In this document: positions 1 to 10,358 of the stretch, one piece after another
Layout: every line of letters begins with the position of its first letter
How positions within the stretch are numbered: position 1 is the first letter of the stretch
Source: Naegleria gruberi
Lineage: Eukaryota
NCBI GenBank assembly: GCA_000004985.1
Contig: GG738917.1
Direction: 5' to 3' (one strand)
Length of the DNA stretch: 64,000 nt
Notes under the pieces: generated by a model
What the model saw: only the letters and a program-made list of their open reading frames with translations
Database searches by the model: none
What the model was told of the DNA's origin: nothing
Made by a program: the position numbers and the translations under genes

Positions 1-273
1 GTCATACGGAGGTTATGCGTGGAAATGGTTGTTCATTTTGTGGTGATGATGATGTTTAATAATTATTATTGAAAACATTTGAATTATTTCATTCAGCCAA
101 GGAAATATAATTGTTAGGAATGCAAATGATCGAGCATTATTATTCAATGATTTGATAATTAATTGTTGAGGTTAAATAAATAGAAAGTCTCTATTAGTAC
201 ATTAATTAATTATCAGACATTTGGCTGATGATGGGAGATTGAGAAAGGAATTGACATTAACAATTCATAAAAA

Positions 274-2839
274 ATGTTTAGATTGGTGGCTTTTGTATTT
301 TTATTCATCATCACAATTTCGTTTATACATGCGGCCGATGAAAAGTATACTAAACCAACACTAAACGAAATTACATCCATTCCCAAGTTTACTCCCACTG
401 ATACTAATCCACTACCAAAATCCTATGCTGGAAATCTACCTATCCGAAGTGGAAAAGATCGATTATTCTATTGGTACTTTCCAAAAACTAATTCGAATAT
501 AAATGATGAAAGAAAGGATTTATTAGTCATGTTGAATCGTGGACCAGCTTGTTATTTTGCTGAAATGTTATTCTTGGTAAGTATTTTGATTAGAAAAGTT
601 TTTATTCGAAACTGGTCTTTTCCGAACTATAATTTGATTAATTTATTATTTTAATATTTTTGTAACGATAAATTATGAAAATAGGAAAATGGAGTTTTTC
701 AAATCGATGCAAATCAAGTTTTGACGCTCAATTCAAAATCATTTCATCAATTTGCTCATGTTTTGTACATTGATTCACCTTTGGGAACTGGATTAAGTCA
801 ATTTTCGACTGAAGTTTCGAATTTTGAATCATATGGTAAATTAATGTTTCCTGGAAATAGTTTGAGATTAAAAACAGTGTTTCCAGGTGCCACCAAATAT
901 GTAGTTAAGGATTTACAAGATGCACTCATTGGATTCTTTACTCTTTTCCCTCATTTATCACCAGATAAGAAGGGAAGTACTTTGAATTTCTATACTCCTG
1001 GATATTCTGCCAAGATGATTCCATATTTCATTAAGGAAAATTCAGTTGGTGGCAGTTTCACAACAAAATTCAAGATTTCGAGTATTATTTTGGGAGATCC
1101 ATTCTTACAACCATCACTTCAGTATGCATCTTATGCTAAATTTGGATATGTTTCTGGATTGACAATGTACAGACAGTTTGTTGAGATGAATAGAAAATAT
1201 GAACAATGTTTGACTGATGTTGAGAATGGAAATTACAATAATTATGATAAGGAATGTCACAGTTTGATTGCAGGACTTTTAGAAAATTCTGGAAACGTCT
1301 CACCATTTGATATTCGTGAACAATCTACTCAACAATATGAACAGAGACAAGCCGTTTTGAATACCTATGTCAATAACGATTTATTACCAGCTCTGAGAAG
1401 TTTTGGAAGTATTCCAACCGTAGTTACCATTCCTCATTGTTCCAAGAAGGTGAATGACTTATTCCATGAGGAGTATCATTTGGATGTACCACAAGATGTA
1501 TTTCCATCCATTCTCAATACCAATACACCTATCAATTCAGCTTACAATACTTCCAATGTTAGAATTTTGGTATTCAGTCAACAATTCAACTTGGTGAGTA
1601 ACGTTTTTGGAGTGAATGAAATTTTGAGACAAATGTTGGACTGGGAAGGTCAATTGACTTTTAATAGTTTGAATTCGAGCATCTTTACCATACAGGATAT
1701 GATTGGTGGAAGATTCAAAGCATATGGCGGATTGACTCAAGTAGTTCTCTATAATAACAATTACAAAGAAGGTGTGGAAATTAATCCAAATTTTAATGGA
1801 AACTATAAGATTGGTAATGTGGACATGGTTGCCTCTAGATATGAAATGGTCAATAGATACATTACTAGGGCTGACACTAGCATGCTCATTGATGATAGAG
1901 ATATTTTGTGTGGAGATGCTACCAAGAAGTGCCACTCTGATAGTCAATATCCATGCCCAAGTTTATGCTCCAAGAAGGGAACTTGTAATCTGGAAAAGAA
2001 GAAATGCGACTGTCAACCTGGCTATTATGACAATAATTGTTCAATTGGAAGAGCTAAATATTCATTGAACATTCTTTCAAATTCTGTTTCGTTCAATAAT
2101 TTGTATATTAGTGGAAGAGATACTGTTGTTTTGGAAGTTAACATTCAAGAAAGAACTTCTCTATTGGATCTTTACTTGGAAGTCAATCGTATTGGAAAGT
2201 ATGGAAATCCATTCGTTTTCATGAATGTTTCAACAACAGCTGATGCATTATCGAGTAGAGAATTGAAACTCTTGGCTGTGAAACAAATCGGTTACAGTCT
2301 ATTGAATGGATATAAGAGTACAAGATCAGAAGCTCAATCCAGCCACGAACACTACTTTTACACAGGTTACAAGACTTTCCAATTTTACAACACTTCACAT
2401 GATTCAAAGAAAATTATCGACGCCCAAGATGTTCAAATTATCAGAAATGAATTCCAAACCATTGCCATTGTCATTTACAATGCTGCTGATTTACCAGTCG
2501 AATTCAATGTAACATTAAGTAAGTTTATCAATATTTCACAATTTCTCATTATCAATTTCTTAAATAGAGGCCAACCTTGCAAGTGGAAAGGTTCAAACAG
2601 CTGGCATCTTTTTATCTCTGAGTGTGGTCATGCTAATGGTTATTGTCTTTGAGGTTGTCTTACTCATTCAACGATCCAACAACCGCAAACAATTCATTCT
2701 TCCAAAACTACAGGAAAGACAAGATATTCAAAGAAGAGGACTCTTGGAAAATAACAATTCACTTGTGGACGAGGATGAAAATTCAGAAGTGCTGACAAAT
2801 AACAATGAAGATATTGAATTACGACAACGAAATAATTAA
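274..2839 (+). CDS. Type I membrane protein with a serine carboxypeptidase (S10)-like ectodomain, apparently catalytically inactive, followed by an EGF-like module, a TM segment and a short tail. Three exons: 274-576, 685-2518, 2568-2839.
   Basis: S10 motifs are visible (SYAGNLP, LFYWYF, HVLYIDSPLGTGLSQ). The catalytic GESYAG is replaced by PGYSAK, the oxyanion motif NGGPGCSS is degenerate (NRGPACYF), and the His of GHMVP reads VDMVA. Introns have a GTAAGT donor at 577 with acceptor aatag at 684, and a GTAAGT donor at 2519 with acceptor aaatag at 2567. The exon frames connect. Exon 3 encodes a hydrophobic TM (AGIFLSLSVVMLMVIVFEVVLLI) and a charged tail. There is an N-terminal signal peptide and an EGF-like C-x-C-x-x-G-Y motif. 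Confidence 0.7.
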
Positions 2840-3131
2840 TTGAAATATTTAATGAAAATTGTTCAATTACCATATTTGTGTGTTCATATAATTACGAAAT
2901 TATTTCATATACGAATGTTTTGGAAGTGACAGACCAGTTTATTTATCAATGAGTATTGATGACGAATCAACTAAATGTTTTTTTGATTTACAGAACTTTG
3001 TATTTTTTCACAAACGAAAGTGGACGAATCAACACGATTATAATAATTCGTTCCAATAATCAATTGCCATTTCAAAATCTGCAATTTCTCTCATCAAATT
3101 CCCAAAATACTTTTCATCATCATTAAAAAAA

Positions 3132-4097
3132 ATGTCACAAGTCAAAACTGTTATTCTTTTGCTCTTGATCGCTTTGGTATCCGCCGTTGCTGTCAACGCT
3201 TCCTTGGATACCTTCGACATGTTGAGTGATTTCATCTCCATGTCCGATCTCTCTCCAAGAAGATCTTCTTCTTCCTCTTCTTCCAGCAGAAGACCAACTA
3301 GTTCCTCTTCTTATAGAAGACCAACCAGTTCTTATAACAGAAGACCAACCACCAGTAATAGCAGAAGACCAACTTCTTATAACAGAAGACCAACTACTAC
3401 TACTAACAATAGAAGAAGACCAACTTCAAACACTAGAAGACCAACTAGTAGTAATAATAGAAGACAACCAACTAATAGAAGACCAACTAGACCAACTAGA
3501 ACTAATGTTAGAAATGGTTCTAATAATAATAGAAGAAAGCCAAGTAATAGTGTTAGACCTGGAATGAGTAATCAAAGATTTTCTCAATATAGAAATACTC
3601 AATCCAAACCATATGGTGCTAATACTCAATCTAATCAACCAGCTCGTCAACCAACTCGTCAACCAACAACTGCTCAACAACCAGCTCAACAAAACATTCG
3701 TTCAACTGCTCCTAGCTCACAAGTTGTCCAATCTGCCATGAGCAATGTTAGATCTGCTTCTCACAGCCAATCTCAAGGTAAATGTGCCAAGTATACTGCC
3801 AATGCCATTGAAAAGGCCTTGACTGGTAAGACTTACACAATTAATCGTCCAGGTTCTGCTAAGGATTTCGGTTCTTGGTTACAAAAGATGGGTTATCAAA
3901 AGGTTAGTGGACCAATGCAACCTGGTGATGTCCAAATCTTCCAAGCTATTCCTGGACATCCTGATGGTCACATGCAAATGTTGACTTCTGGTGGTCAATT
4001 TGTTTCTGATTTTAGACAAAGAGATATGTATCCTGGACCAAGTTACAGAAATACTCACCAAGTTCCAGCCAACTACAGATATGTTGGTAATCAATAA
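3132..4097 (+). CDS. Secreted protein with an Arg/Pro/Thr/Ser-rich repetitive linker and a C-terminal CHAP-like (Cys/His papain-fold amidase/peptidase) domain.
   Basis: Signal peptide MSQVKTVILLLLIALVSAVAVNA. Repeats RRPTSS/NRRPTT. C-terminal motifs GKCAKYTANAIEKAL (CHAP Cys motif G-x-C-x-x-[YF]-x-A), MQPGDVQIF (PxPGD[IV]xxF) and GHMQMLTS (GH[VM]xx[VL]). Confidence 0.6.
   Translation: MSQVKTVILLLLIALVSAVAVNASLDTFDMLSDFISMSDLSPRRSSSSSSSSRRPTSSSSYRRPTSSYNRRPTTSNSRRPTSYNRRPTTTTNNRRRPTSNTRRPTSSNNRRQPTNRRPTRPTRTNVRNGSNNNRRKPSNSVRPGMSNQRFSQYRNTQSKPYGANTQSNQPARQPTRQPTTAQQPAQQNIRSTAPSSQVVQSAMSNVRSASHSQSQGKCAKYTANAIEKALTGKTYTINRPGSAKDFGSWLQKMGYQKVSGPMQPGDVQIFQAIPGHPDGHMQMLTSGGQFVSDFRQRDMYPGPSYRNTHQVPANYRYVGNQ
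3283..3530 (+). repeat. Coding tandem repeat of about 12-36 nt units (agaagaccaac[tc]... AGA AGA CCA ACT) encoding RRPTSS/NRRPTT low-complexity.
   Basis: The units agaagaccaac(t/c)agtt... visibly recur within the 3132-4097 CDS. The antisense ORF 3226-3567 is a shadow of this repeat. Confidence 0.7.
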
Positions 4098-4751
4098 ATC
4101 ATTTGTAGATTTTGGAACAATTATTGAGTGGCTTTTACTTTTCTGAATTACTAAGATTAATATTTCCAACCAAAAGTAATAACAACAAGACAATTTCATT
4201 TGTTTCCAATTTGTTAATTATTGAAATGAAGTATTCTATTCAGAAACATTTTCAGGCTTAACATTAGCAATACTATTAAGGAGGATATGGGATTCACATA
4301 ATGGTTTTAAGTAAAAATTCGTTGTCGCTTAACAATCAGGTACCTTAATAAAATCCTGAATTATTATTATTATGATACAAGACTTGAAGTAATACATTCA
4401 AAAATTAAATAAATTTTGTTTTGTGGTTGGTAGCATCAAATATGCAACATTTTTCCGCCAAACATTAATAAATTATTTAAATTATATTTAATATAAAAAA
4501 TAAGAGCCTTCGTGTGCTTTGTTAAATCCAGCGTTCATCATCATGTAAAGACGCAAACCTGTTTTCTTGCCTGTGTTGGAGGTTATTTATACTTCATCAC
4601 CAACAACAAAGGAGGATTGTAAAAATAGGGTTGAGAATTCACGTTCTTTTGCTTTGGCAAACGTGATTGCTTGCTTTTGTTTTAAAACAGAGCCAACGTT
4701 CTTATTAATAGAAACAAATCAAAGAAAAAAGTAGAAGAACAACATCAAATA

Positions 4752-5831
4752 ATGAAGACTCCACAACTCAAATCCAAGGAAAGATATATTGTAGTTGATA
4801 AATATCCAGCTGCCAGAAATGTTTTACTTCATTCACTTCCTCAGAATCCTTCGTTCACTTCTAGACTTGTTCAATATGATTATGATTTTGCTATCCATGT
4901 TGGTGCAGAGCTGGAGATCATCCAAGATTGCTCTTGGATTAGTAATGATTCAGCTCAAGTAGTGGACAATTCACAAGACAAATATATTGTAGGGTCTGGT
5001 CTCTTGTTGAGAAAGAATGGGAAATACTTCTTCATGCAAAATAAGGCCTCAATTGGAAAGGTTATGTTTATTTTCACAATTCTTGAGCTTGACGTATTTA
5101 AAAGAGAACTGGACGATGAAGTGAAGGAGTTACTTCAGAAATGTGTTAAACAATTTGAGGGAGAAGAATTAGAACATTTGAAAGATGCTATCAATGGTGG
5201 GGATTCATTTTCCCAATTTTTATTCAAAGGCAGAAAGAAGGAAAATGTAAAACATTTCTTTGAAAAGTATAGGAATATTCTATTAGAATTAGATCTATCA
5301 CAACATCCTACAGATATCCAGTTATGCTCTTTCAAGAATTTTTCTCCACCAAAGGGAAAACTCGAATCTGTTGCAAACTTACGGAAAAAACAATCATATT
5401 ATAAGAGAAATGGTCACAACAGATTTAGCATCTTTGAAAGATTTCCAAAAGGGATTAGGGATAACAAAGAATTCTGGTTATGGAATGCCTTATTCGAATG
5501 CGTAGAAGAAACCAATTCAGTCCCTGATACTATTTTCAGAGCATTAAGGGAAAAAACGTTTAATCCCCAATCATTCAAAACCATTTATTGCCCAGTGGTT
5601 TCTTTAGAGAGTAGAGATCCAACATTGAGTCAAGAATTGAAGGAATGTGCAGAACGTCTTCAAACAGCTTTCTTTGTTATTGAAGAGTCAGACTATTCGA
5701 AATTTAGATTGAACACTAAATTCGTGGATGAGGAAAAGAAAAATAAGAGAGAATACAATACTGAGGAATATTGGTTTTCACCTGATAACGAAAATATTCC
5801 TTTGTGTTTAAGAGAGCAGTTGAAAGAATAA
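4752..5831 (+). CDS. Hypothetical protein, 359 aa, no recognisable domain.
   Basis: Long uninterrupted ORF with a codon usage like its neighbours. AT-rich upstream region and TAA stop. Confidence 0.5.
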   Translation: MKTPQLKSKERYIVVDKYPAARNVLLHSLPQNPSFTSRLVQYDYDFAIHVGAELEIIQDCSWISNDSAQVVDNSQDKYIVGSGLLLRKNGKYFFMQNKASIGKVMFIFTILELDVFKRELDDEVKELLQKCVKQFEGEELEHLKDAINGGDSFSQFLFKGRKKENVKHFFEKYRNILLELDLSQHPTDIQLCSFKNFSPPKGKLESVANLRKKQSYYKRNGHNRFSIFERFPKGIRDNKEFWLWNALFECVEETNSVPDTIFRALREKTFNPQSFKTIYCPVVSLESRDPTLSQELKECAERLQTAFFVIEESDYSKFRLNTKFVDEEKKNKREYNTEEYWFSPDNENIPLCLREQLKE

Positions 5832-5909
5832 AGAATCCTTAATCGCACTAATTAAGGTCAAAATTCTCTTTTTGTTAAATCTAAAATAAATTAAAAACAA
5901 CTTTAAAAA

Positions 5910-6958
5910 ATGCACCAACCACACAAAAGCGCTCACTCAAATCATCATGATCAAAAATTCGAATCGGATCATACAATTGATGAATATATTCCTCATCAGA
6001 GTGTACCGGAGGAACCTCTCTGGTTGAGAGAATTACAAACATTAGAACCTGTTAAGATTGAAATTGAACATTTTGTTGATGTTCATCACTTGAGAATTGT
6101 GGTAATATCGGATACTCATGGATATCATCGTTATTTGAAATTTCCACCTTGTCCAGAGGGAAAGAAGATGATTCTGGTGCATTGTGGTGATATGACTGAT
6201 CATGGAACGTTGGAAGAAGTGAGGAATTTTAATGCATGGTTAGGACATTTAAGGACTAGTTTCTCTCAGATTTATTGTATTGCTGGGTAGGTTCTTTTTG
6301 CTTAATAGTTTTGATTTGAATAATTTTAGTAATCATGAAATTGAATTTGCAAAATTTACAAAAGAAGGTTTGTTTGAAATCAAGAATGAAAATTAATCAA
6401 TTTGAAGAAATTCAAAAAAAGCTATTGACTAATTGTATTTATTTACAAGATGAGGAATTTACAGTTTGTGGATTGAAATTTTATGCAACACCTTGGTGTC
6501 CAAACATGTACGATTGGTTGTGTTTGAAATTTGAAAAACTGATCAACCAGCCAGAGAAGGTGAAGGATTTACAAAATTTTGATGATAAATTCTTTTTCAA
6601 GAATGATAAGGAATTGGAAAAGATCTTTTCCAAAATTCCAGAAGATGTAGACATTCTCATAACTCACTCTCCACCAAAATTCATTCTAGATTTCAATGAA
6701 TTTGGTTACAATAGAGGATGCTCGCAAATATTGGCAAAACTATTGGATTTACACAAGCTAAAGATTCATCTATTTGGACATATCCACTCAACTTATGGTT
6801 ACGAATTTTTGAGAAGATCCGATGTGTTACAAGCTGCTTCAAGAGAAAAAGATCACAACACTGGTCAGTCAACCAAAACTGAACCAAGTAATGATGACAT
6901 CCTATTTGTGAATGCAGCAAATTCACACAAATTTCAACCATTTTATTTTGATGTTTAA
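5910..6958 (+). CDS. Calcineurin-like metallophosphoesterase (MPPED/239FB-like). Spliced; proposed exons 5910-6286, 6330-6367, 6408-6958.
   Basis: MPP motifs VISDTHG, HCGDMTDHG, IAG|NHE (the GNHE motif is split by an intron, donor GT at 6287, acceptor ttttag at 6329), ILITHSPP, GCSQIL, HLFGHIHSTYG. The second micro-intron (6368-6407, gtttgt...ttgaag) is inferred so as to join the frames. The exon 2 boundaries are less certain. Confidence 0.65.
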
Positions 6959-6978
6959 TCACACCCACTAACTGAAAC

Positions 6979-8007
6979 ATGGTTGAATTAATCAACAAAT
7001 TAAAAATGTCACAAGTTGGTTTTTCATCACTGCCCACGGAAATTTATCTTCAAATTTTGACATTTGCTGTAGACTGGGAGCTATCAGATGTTTTATTGAA
7101 AACATCAAATGCCAAAATAGTTGCTTCCTTCCAATCTATCAACAGGAATATTATCAACAATTCGGAGATGCAAAGTTCGTTTAACAAATTTTGGTGGAAA
7201 TTATTCGAAATTAATTTCGGCATCCCCAAGAAAAATTATCAAAAATTGGATCATTTACGAAAGGAAATTATTGAATCAAAAATCGATTTGAGGAGGATTA
7301 TTTTACAAGCTCATTATACGAAATTCAAATTGTGGAAACAACCTAAATATTATGAAATTCCTGTTGATATTCATGATATGAGAATTGTGTTATTAGGAAG
7401 AGGAGGTGTTGGAAAATCTGCCATCACTATTCAATTTTGTCAACATATTTTCTATCCTGAATACGACCCTAGTATAGAAGATTCGTATAGGAAAACAGCA
7501 ATAGTGGATAACACACAGTTAATATTTGATATACTGGATACAGCTTATTTGGAATATTATTCACCAATGAAGGAACAATACATGCACTATGCTCATGCAT
7601 TTATTGTTGTTTGTGATCTTACAGATAGGCCAACACTCGTGGAGGTCAACTCTGCAGTTAATGATCTAGTTTTAGCACAAGATAGAGAAGTGAATGATAT
7701 GCCTATTGTGTTTGCCTTGAACAAGATTGATTTATTGAACGATTCAGATAAAAAACTAGCCACAGAGGAATTTAGTTCTGAAATTAGGAAAATAGTGAAT
7801 GAATTTTCATTGACGAATTGGAAAATTATGGAATGTAGTGCAAAGCAAAGGCAAAATATTGATGAAATATTTATGGATCTAGCCAGAAGAAGGCAATACT
7901 ATGATATTGTCGATGATTTCACGCTTTTGCAGAATATTACTCTCGAAAATAGTCAAAAGAAATCAATCTCAGAACATTCAAGACACAAGAAATGTTCTCT
8001 AATGTAA
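6979..8007 (+). CDS. F-box-like N-terminus fused to a Ras/Rap-like small GTPase domain, with a C-terminal CAAX box (CSLM).
   Basis: F-box-like LPTEIYLQILTFAV. P-loop GRGGVGKS. YDPSIEDSYRK (switch I, Ras/Rap-like). DILDTAYLEYY in place of DTAGQE. NKID (NKxD). ECSAK (SAK). C-terminal KKCSLM. Confidence 0.7.
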   Translation: MVELINKLKMSQVGFSSLPTEIYLQILTFAVDWELSDVLLKTSNAKIVASFQSINRNIINNSEMQSSFNKFWWKLFEINFGIPKKNYQKLDHLRKEIIESKIDLRRIILQAHYTKFKLWKQPKYYEIPVDIHDMRIVLLGRGGVGKSAITIQFCQHIFYPEYDPSIEDSYRKTAIVDNTQLIFDILDTAYLEYYSPMKEQYMHYAHAFIVVCDLTDRPTLVEVNSAVNDLVLAQDREVNDMPIVFALNKIDLLNDSDKKLATEEFSSEIRKIVNEFSLTNWKIMECSAKQRQNIDEIFMDLARRRQYYDIVDDFTLLQNITLENSQKKSISEHSRHKKCSLM

Positions 8008-8347
8008 ATCTTTCCAGGCTTAACATAGAATTTGAAAGGACATTCCAAAATGCGTTTTGTAAAACTTGTCAATTTCTTGAATGGTCAATAATATTCGAAA
8101 CGTTGCATTGGCTATAGTCCAGAATCTTTGAAGAATGTATTATCATGAAGCTATCTATCCTAAGGATCGTATTCAAAAGTTGGATTTGTACTTTGAAAGT
8201 TTGAAAGATTTTGAGGGAAAACACAAGATTTGTTATTCCAATTCTCTCTGCACTGGTGTTCTACTTGGTTTGTAATTGGCTTTTTCAGAATGGAAATGAT
8301 ACTATTTTGTAAACTATTTAATTAAATTATTGTAACAATTAAAAAAA

Positions 8348-10009
8348 ATGTCAAAACGAACACTGGAAACTCTTTATGAGGATGATGAGATTTCCATTGT
8401 TGCTCAACCTCCTCCGATCAAGGAAATTAAATTATCATCAAATATTAAAACCAAATTCCAAGAACTTCCCGACGAATTAATTAAATTAATATTAAATTTC
8501 ATACCGGACCAATATATTATTGCCTCCACTTGTAGAATATCCAAAGAATGGTATGAAATCTGTTCGAATGGTTCTCTCCAATTCCGACTCGATTATTCAA
8601 TAAGAAGGATCAAGAGATTGGATTTGGTAAAATTATGTGATTGTCCAATGATGAGAAATTTAGTTTATTTAAATTTGAATAATAATCAATTGCCACAACG
8701 ATATGTTGCAATGATTGGAGGGAGCGAATATTTGACTAATTTGGAAGAATTGGAATTGAACAAGTCAAAACTAAAGTTTAAAGCTGTGAGCTCCTTGGTG
8801 AAGAGCAAATTTGCAAAAACTATCAAAAAGATTTCATTTGATAGTTTTATAACAATGAATCCAGATTTGCTAATTAAATGTGTTGAGGATACTGTGGAAT
8901 CAACTGGAAATTTGTTTTGGTATTACTTTCTTGCTGGATATTTTGAGAATGTTGATTGCGCAGAATTGTCAGAGGAATATTTGAGGAAATCAGCAAATCT
9001 TGGTTATGTACAATCACAGATTGAGTATGGTCTTTTAAAAGTAAAAGATAATCAAGAAGAAGCTCTGATATGGTTAAAAAAGGCAGCAGAATTTGGAGAT
9101 TCCAATGCTCAGATATATCTTTCTGAATTATATGGAAATAGAGGAGAAAATGAGTTATCTTTCAAGTGGCTATTGACAGCTGCAGAACAAGGTAATACTA
9201 AAGCGTTCTATAATTTGGGGTTTTATTATAGAGAGGGCACTGGTGTGAAGATGGATTATGAGAAGGCACTCCACTGGTTTTTGAAAGCTGAGGAACATGG
9301 CGATCTCAATGCCATTTGTGTTATCGGTCACATGTATGGTATAGGACAGGGAGTAGAAGTGAATGAAGAAAAATCAACAGAGCTTACCTTAAGAGCTGCC
9401 ATGCGGGGAGACTCTTCCTCGCAGTACAATTTGGGTGTTAAATATTATCATGGCACTGGGACAGAAAGAGATTTGGAAAAGTCATTCAATTGGTTTCTCA
9501 ATGCTGCTAATGCTGACGAACCACTCGCTCAAAAAAGGGTAGGTTGCATGTTTTCTTCAGGGGAAGGTGTTGAGCAAGATATAGATCGAGCCATGTTTTG
9601 GCTTAAAGAGGCGTGTGATCAAGGAGATCATTCATGTACCATTCTCTTTGGAATTATGCACTACTTTGGATTACATGATTGTGAACTAGATTTGGAAAAA
9701 AGTAGGCAATTTTTGGGAAAATTAGGCACTCAATTCGATGACAGATTTCTCAGTAAGGTAAATTCAAGCTGTTGTTGCAATGAATGTTTTGTGGAAGATT
9801 TTAATGGATTTAACTATGAATGTGCTAATTTATCATGTGATTTTGATTTATGCCAACGATGTTACGAGAATGGAGCTAAATGCAACAAATGTGGAAACTC
9901 AAAATTTGCCAAACACCACGCTTTACAACTTTTTGTTCCTTTGCTAAAGCAGTTAAATGAAAAACCAAAGCACACAAAATTGGAAACATTGATCAAACTC
10001 CTTGAATAA
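8348..10009 (+). CDS. F-box protein with an LRR-like segment, Sel1/TPR-like repeats and a C-terminal ZZ-type zinc finger.
   Basis: F-box LPDELIKLILNFIPD...W. Repeated A-x-x-[WY]-[LF]-x-x-A-A-E-x-G motifs (Sel1-like). C-terminal Cys/His cluster CANLSCDFDLCQRCYENGAKCNKCG..HH (ZZ-like). Confidence 0.7.
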   Translation: MSKRTLETLYEDDEISIVAQPPPIKEIKLSSNIKTKFQELPDELIKLILNFIPDQYIIASTCRISKEWYEICSNGSLQFRLDYSIRRIKRLDLVKLCDCPMMRNLVYLNLNNNQLPQRYVAMIGGSEYLTNLEELELNKSKLKFKAVSSLVKSKFAKTIKKISFDSFITMNPDLLIKCVEDTVESTGNLFWYYFLAGYFENVDCAELSEEYLRKSANLGYVQSQIEYGLLKVKDNQEEALIWLKKAAEFGDSNAQIYLSELYGNRGENELSFKWLLTAAEQGNTKAFYNLGFYYREGTGVKMDYEKALHWFLKAEEHGDLNAICVIGHMYGIGQGVEVNEEKSTELTLRAAMRGDSSSQYNLGVKYYHGTGTERDLEKSFNWFLNAANADEPLAQKRVGCMFSSGEGVEQDIDRAMFWLKEACDQGDHSCTILFGIMHYFGLHDCELDLEKSRQFLGKLGTQFDDRFLSKVNSSCCCNECFVEDFNGFNYECANLSCDFDLCQRCYENGAKCNKCGNSKFAKHHALQLFVPLLKQLNEKPKHTKLETLIKLLE

Positions 10010-10043
10010 GTTACATTATGGTTTATTGAAAGTAAGTTTTTTA

Positions 10044-10358
10044 TTAGAACCCAACTTTAATATTAGATGGTTTGTTAGCGTCTGTGGTGACAAGAATTCT
10101 ATATTTGGTATCTCTGGAATAACCATGAACACCAATAAAATAATAACCCAAGTTAGATGACTTCTTTTCAATTTCCAAAGCAACATTACCCATAGATCTT
10201 TTGGAATAATCATAATTAGTCAAAGTTGGAACGGAACGGAATTTGATGTAAAGACCTAGATCACCTCTTGAATTTAAAGGAAAAAGACCTATCAAAAGAC
10301 GTTGGAATTGAAGATTATTGTAAACATAATATTCCATTTGATCAGCTTTAATCAGCAT
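10044..10358 (-). CDS. Small hypothetical protein (104 aa) carrying a Y-x-IG-[VI]-H-G motif. It lies in a locus with two further degenerate copies of the motif in other frames (10440-10480 and 10700-10735, minus strand).
   Basis: ORF MLIKADQ...YYFIGVHGYSRDTKYRILVTTD. Related segments VYWIGVHAHLNDVHFTIVARQ and YIGIHGKSVTEFVF lie upstream on the same strand but out of frame. A signal-peptide-like exon MFSTLVFMERVLLNLFLTFGQAT is followed by a GTAAGT at about 10685. The gene structure is unresolved. Confidence 0.3.
   Translation of the reverse strand: MLIKADQMEYYVYNNLQFQRLLIGLFPLNSRGDLGLYIKFRSVPTLTNYDYSKRSMGNVALEIEKKSSNLGYYFIGVHGYSRDTKYRILVTTDANKPSNIKVGF

Noticed and set aside
1537-1947. Antisense ORFs nested inside long genes (for example 1537-1947 -, 3226-3567 +, 12740-13396 +, 23125-23556 +, 46884-47339 -, 50872-51246 -)
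   Set aside because: They lie wholly within much longer, domain-bearing ORFs on the opposite strand. They have odd composition (Ile/Leu/Met-rich, mirroring an AT-rich coding strand) and no motifs. They are classic shadow ORFs.
3283-3530. Tandem direct repeats that might be read as a CRISPR-like or minisatellite array
   Set aside because: The repeats are in-frame codons (AGA AGA CCA ACT...) inside a eukaryotic CDS. There are no spacers, and no cas genes or prokaryotic context.
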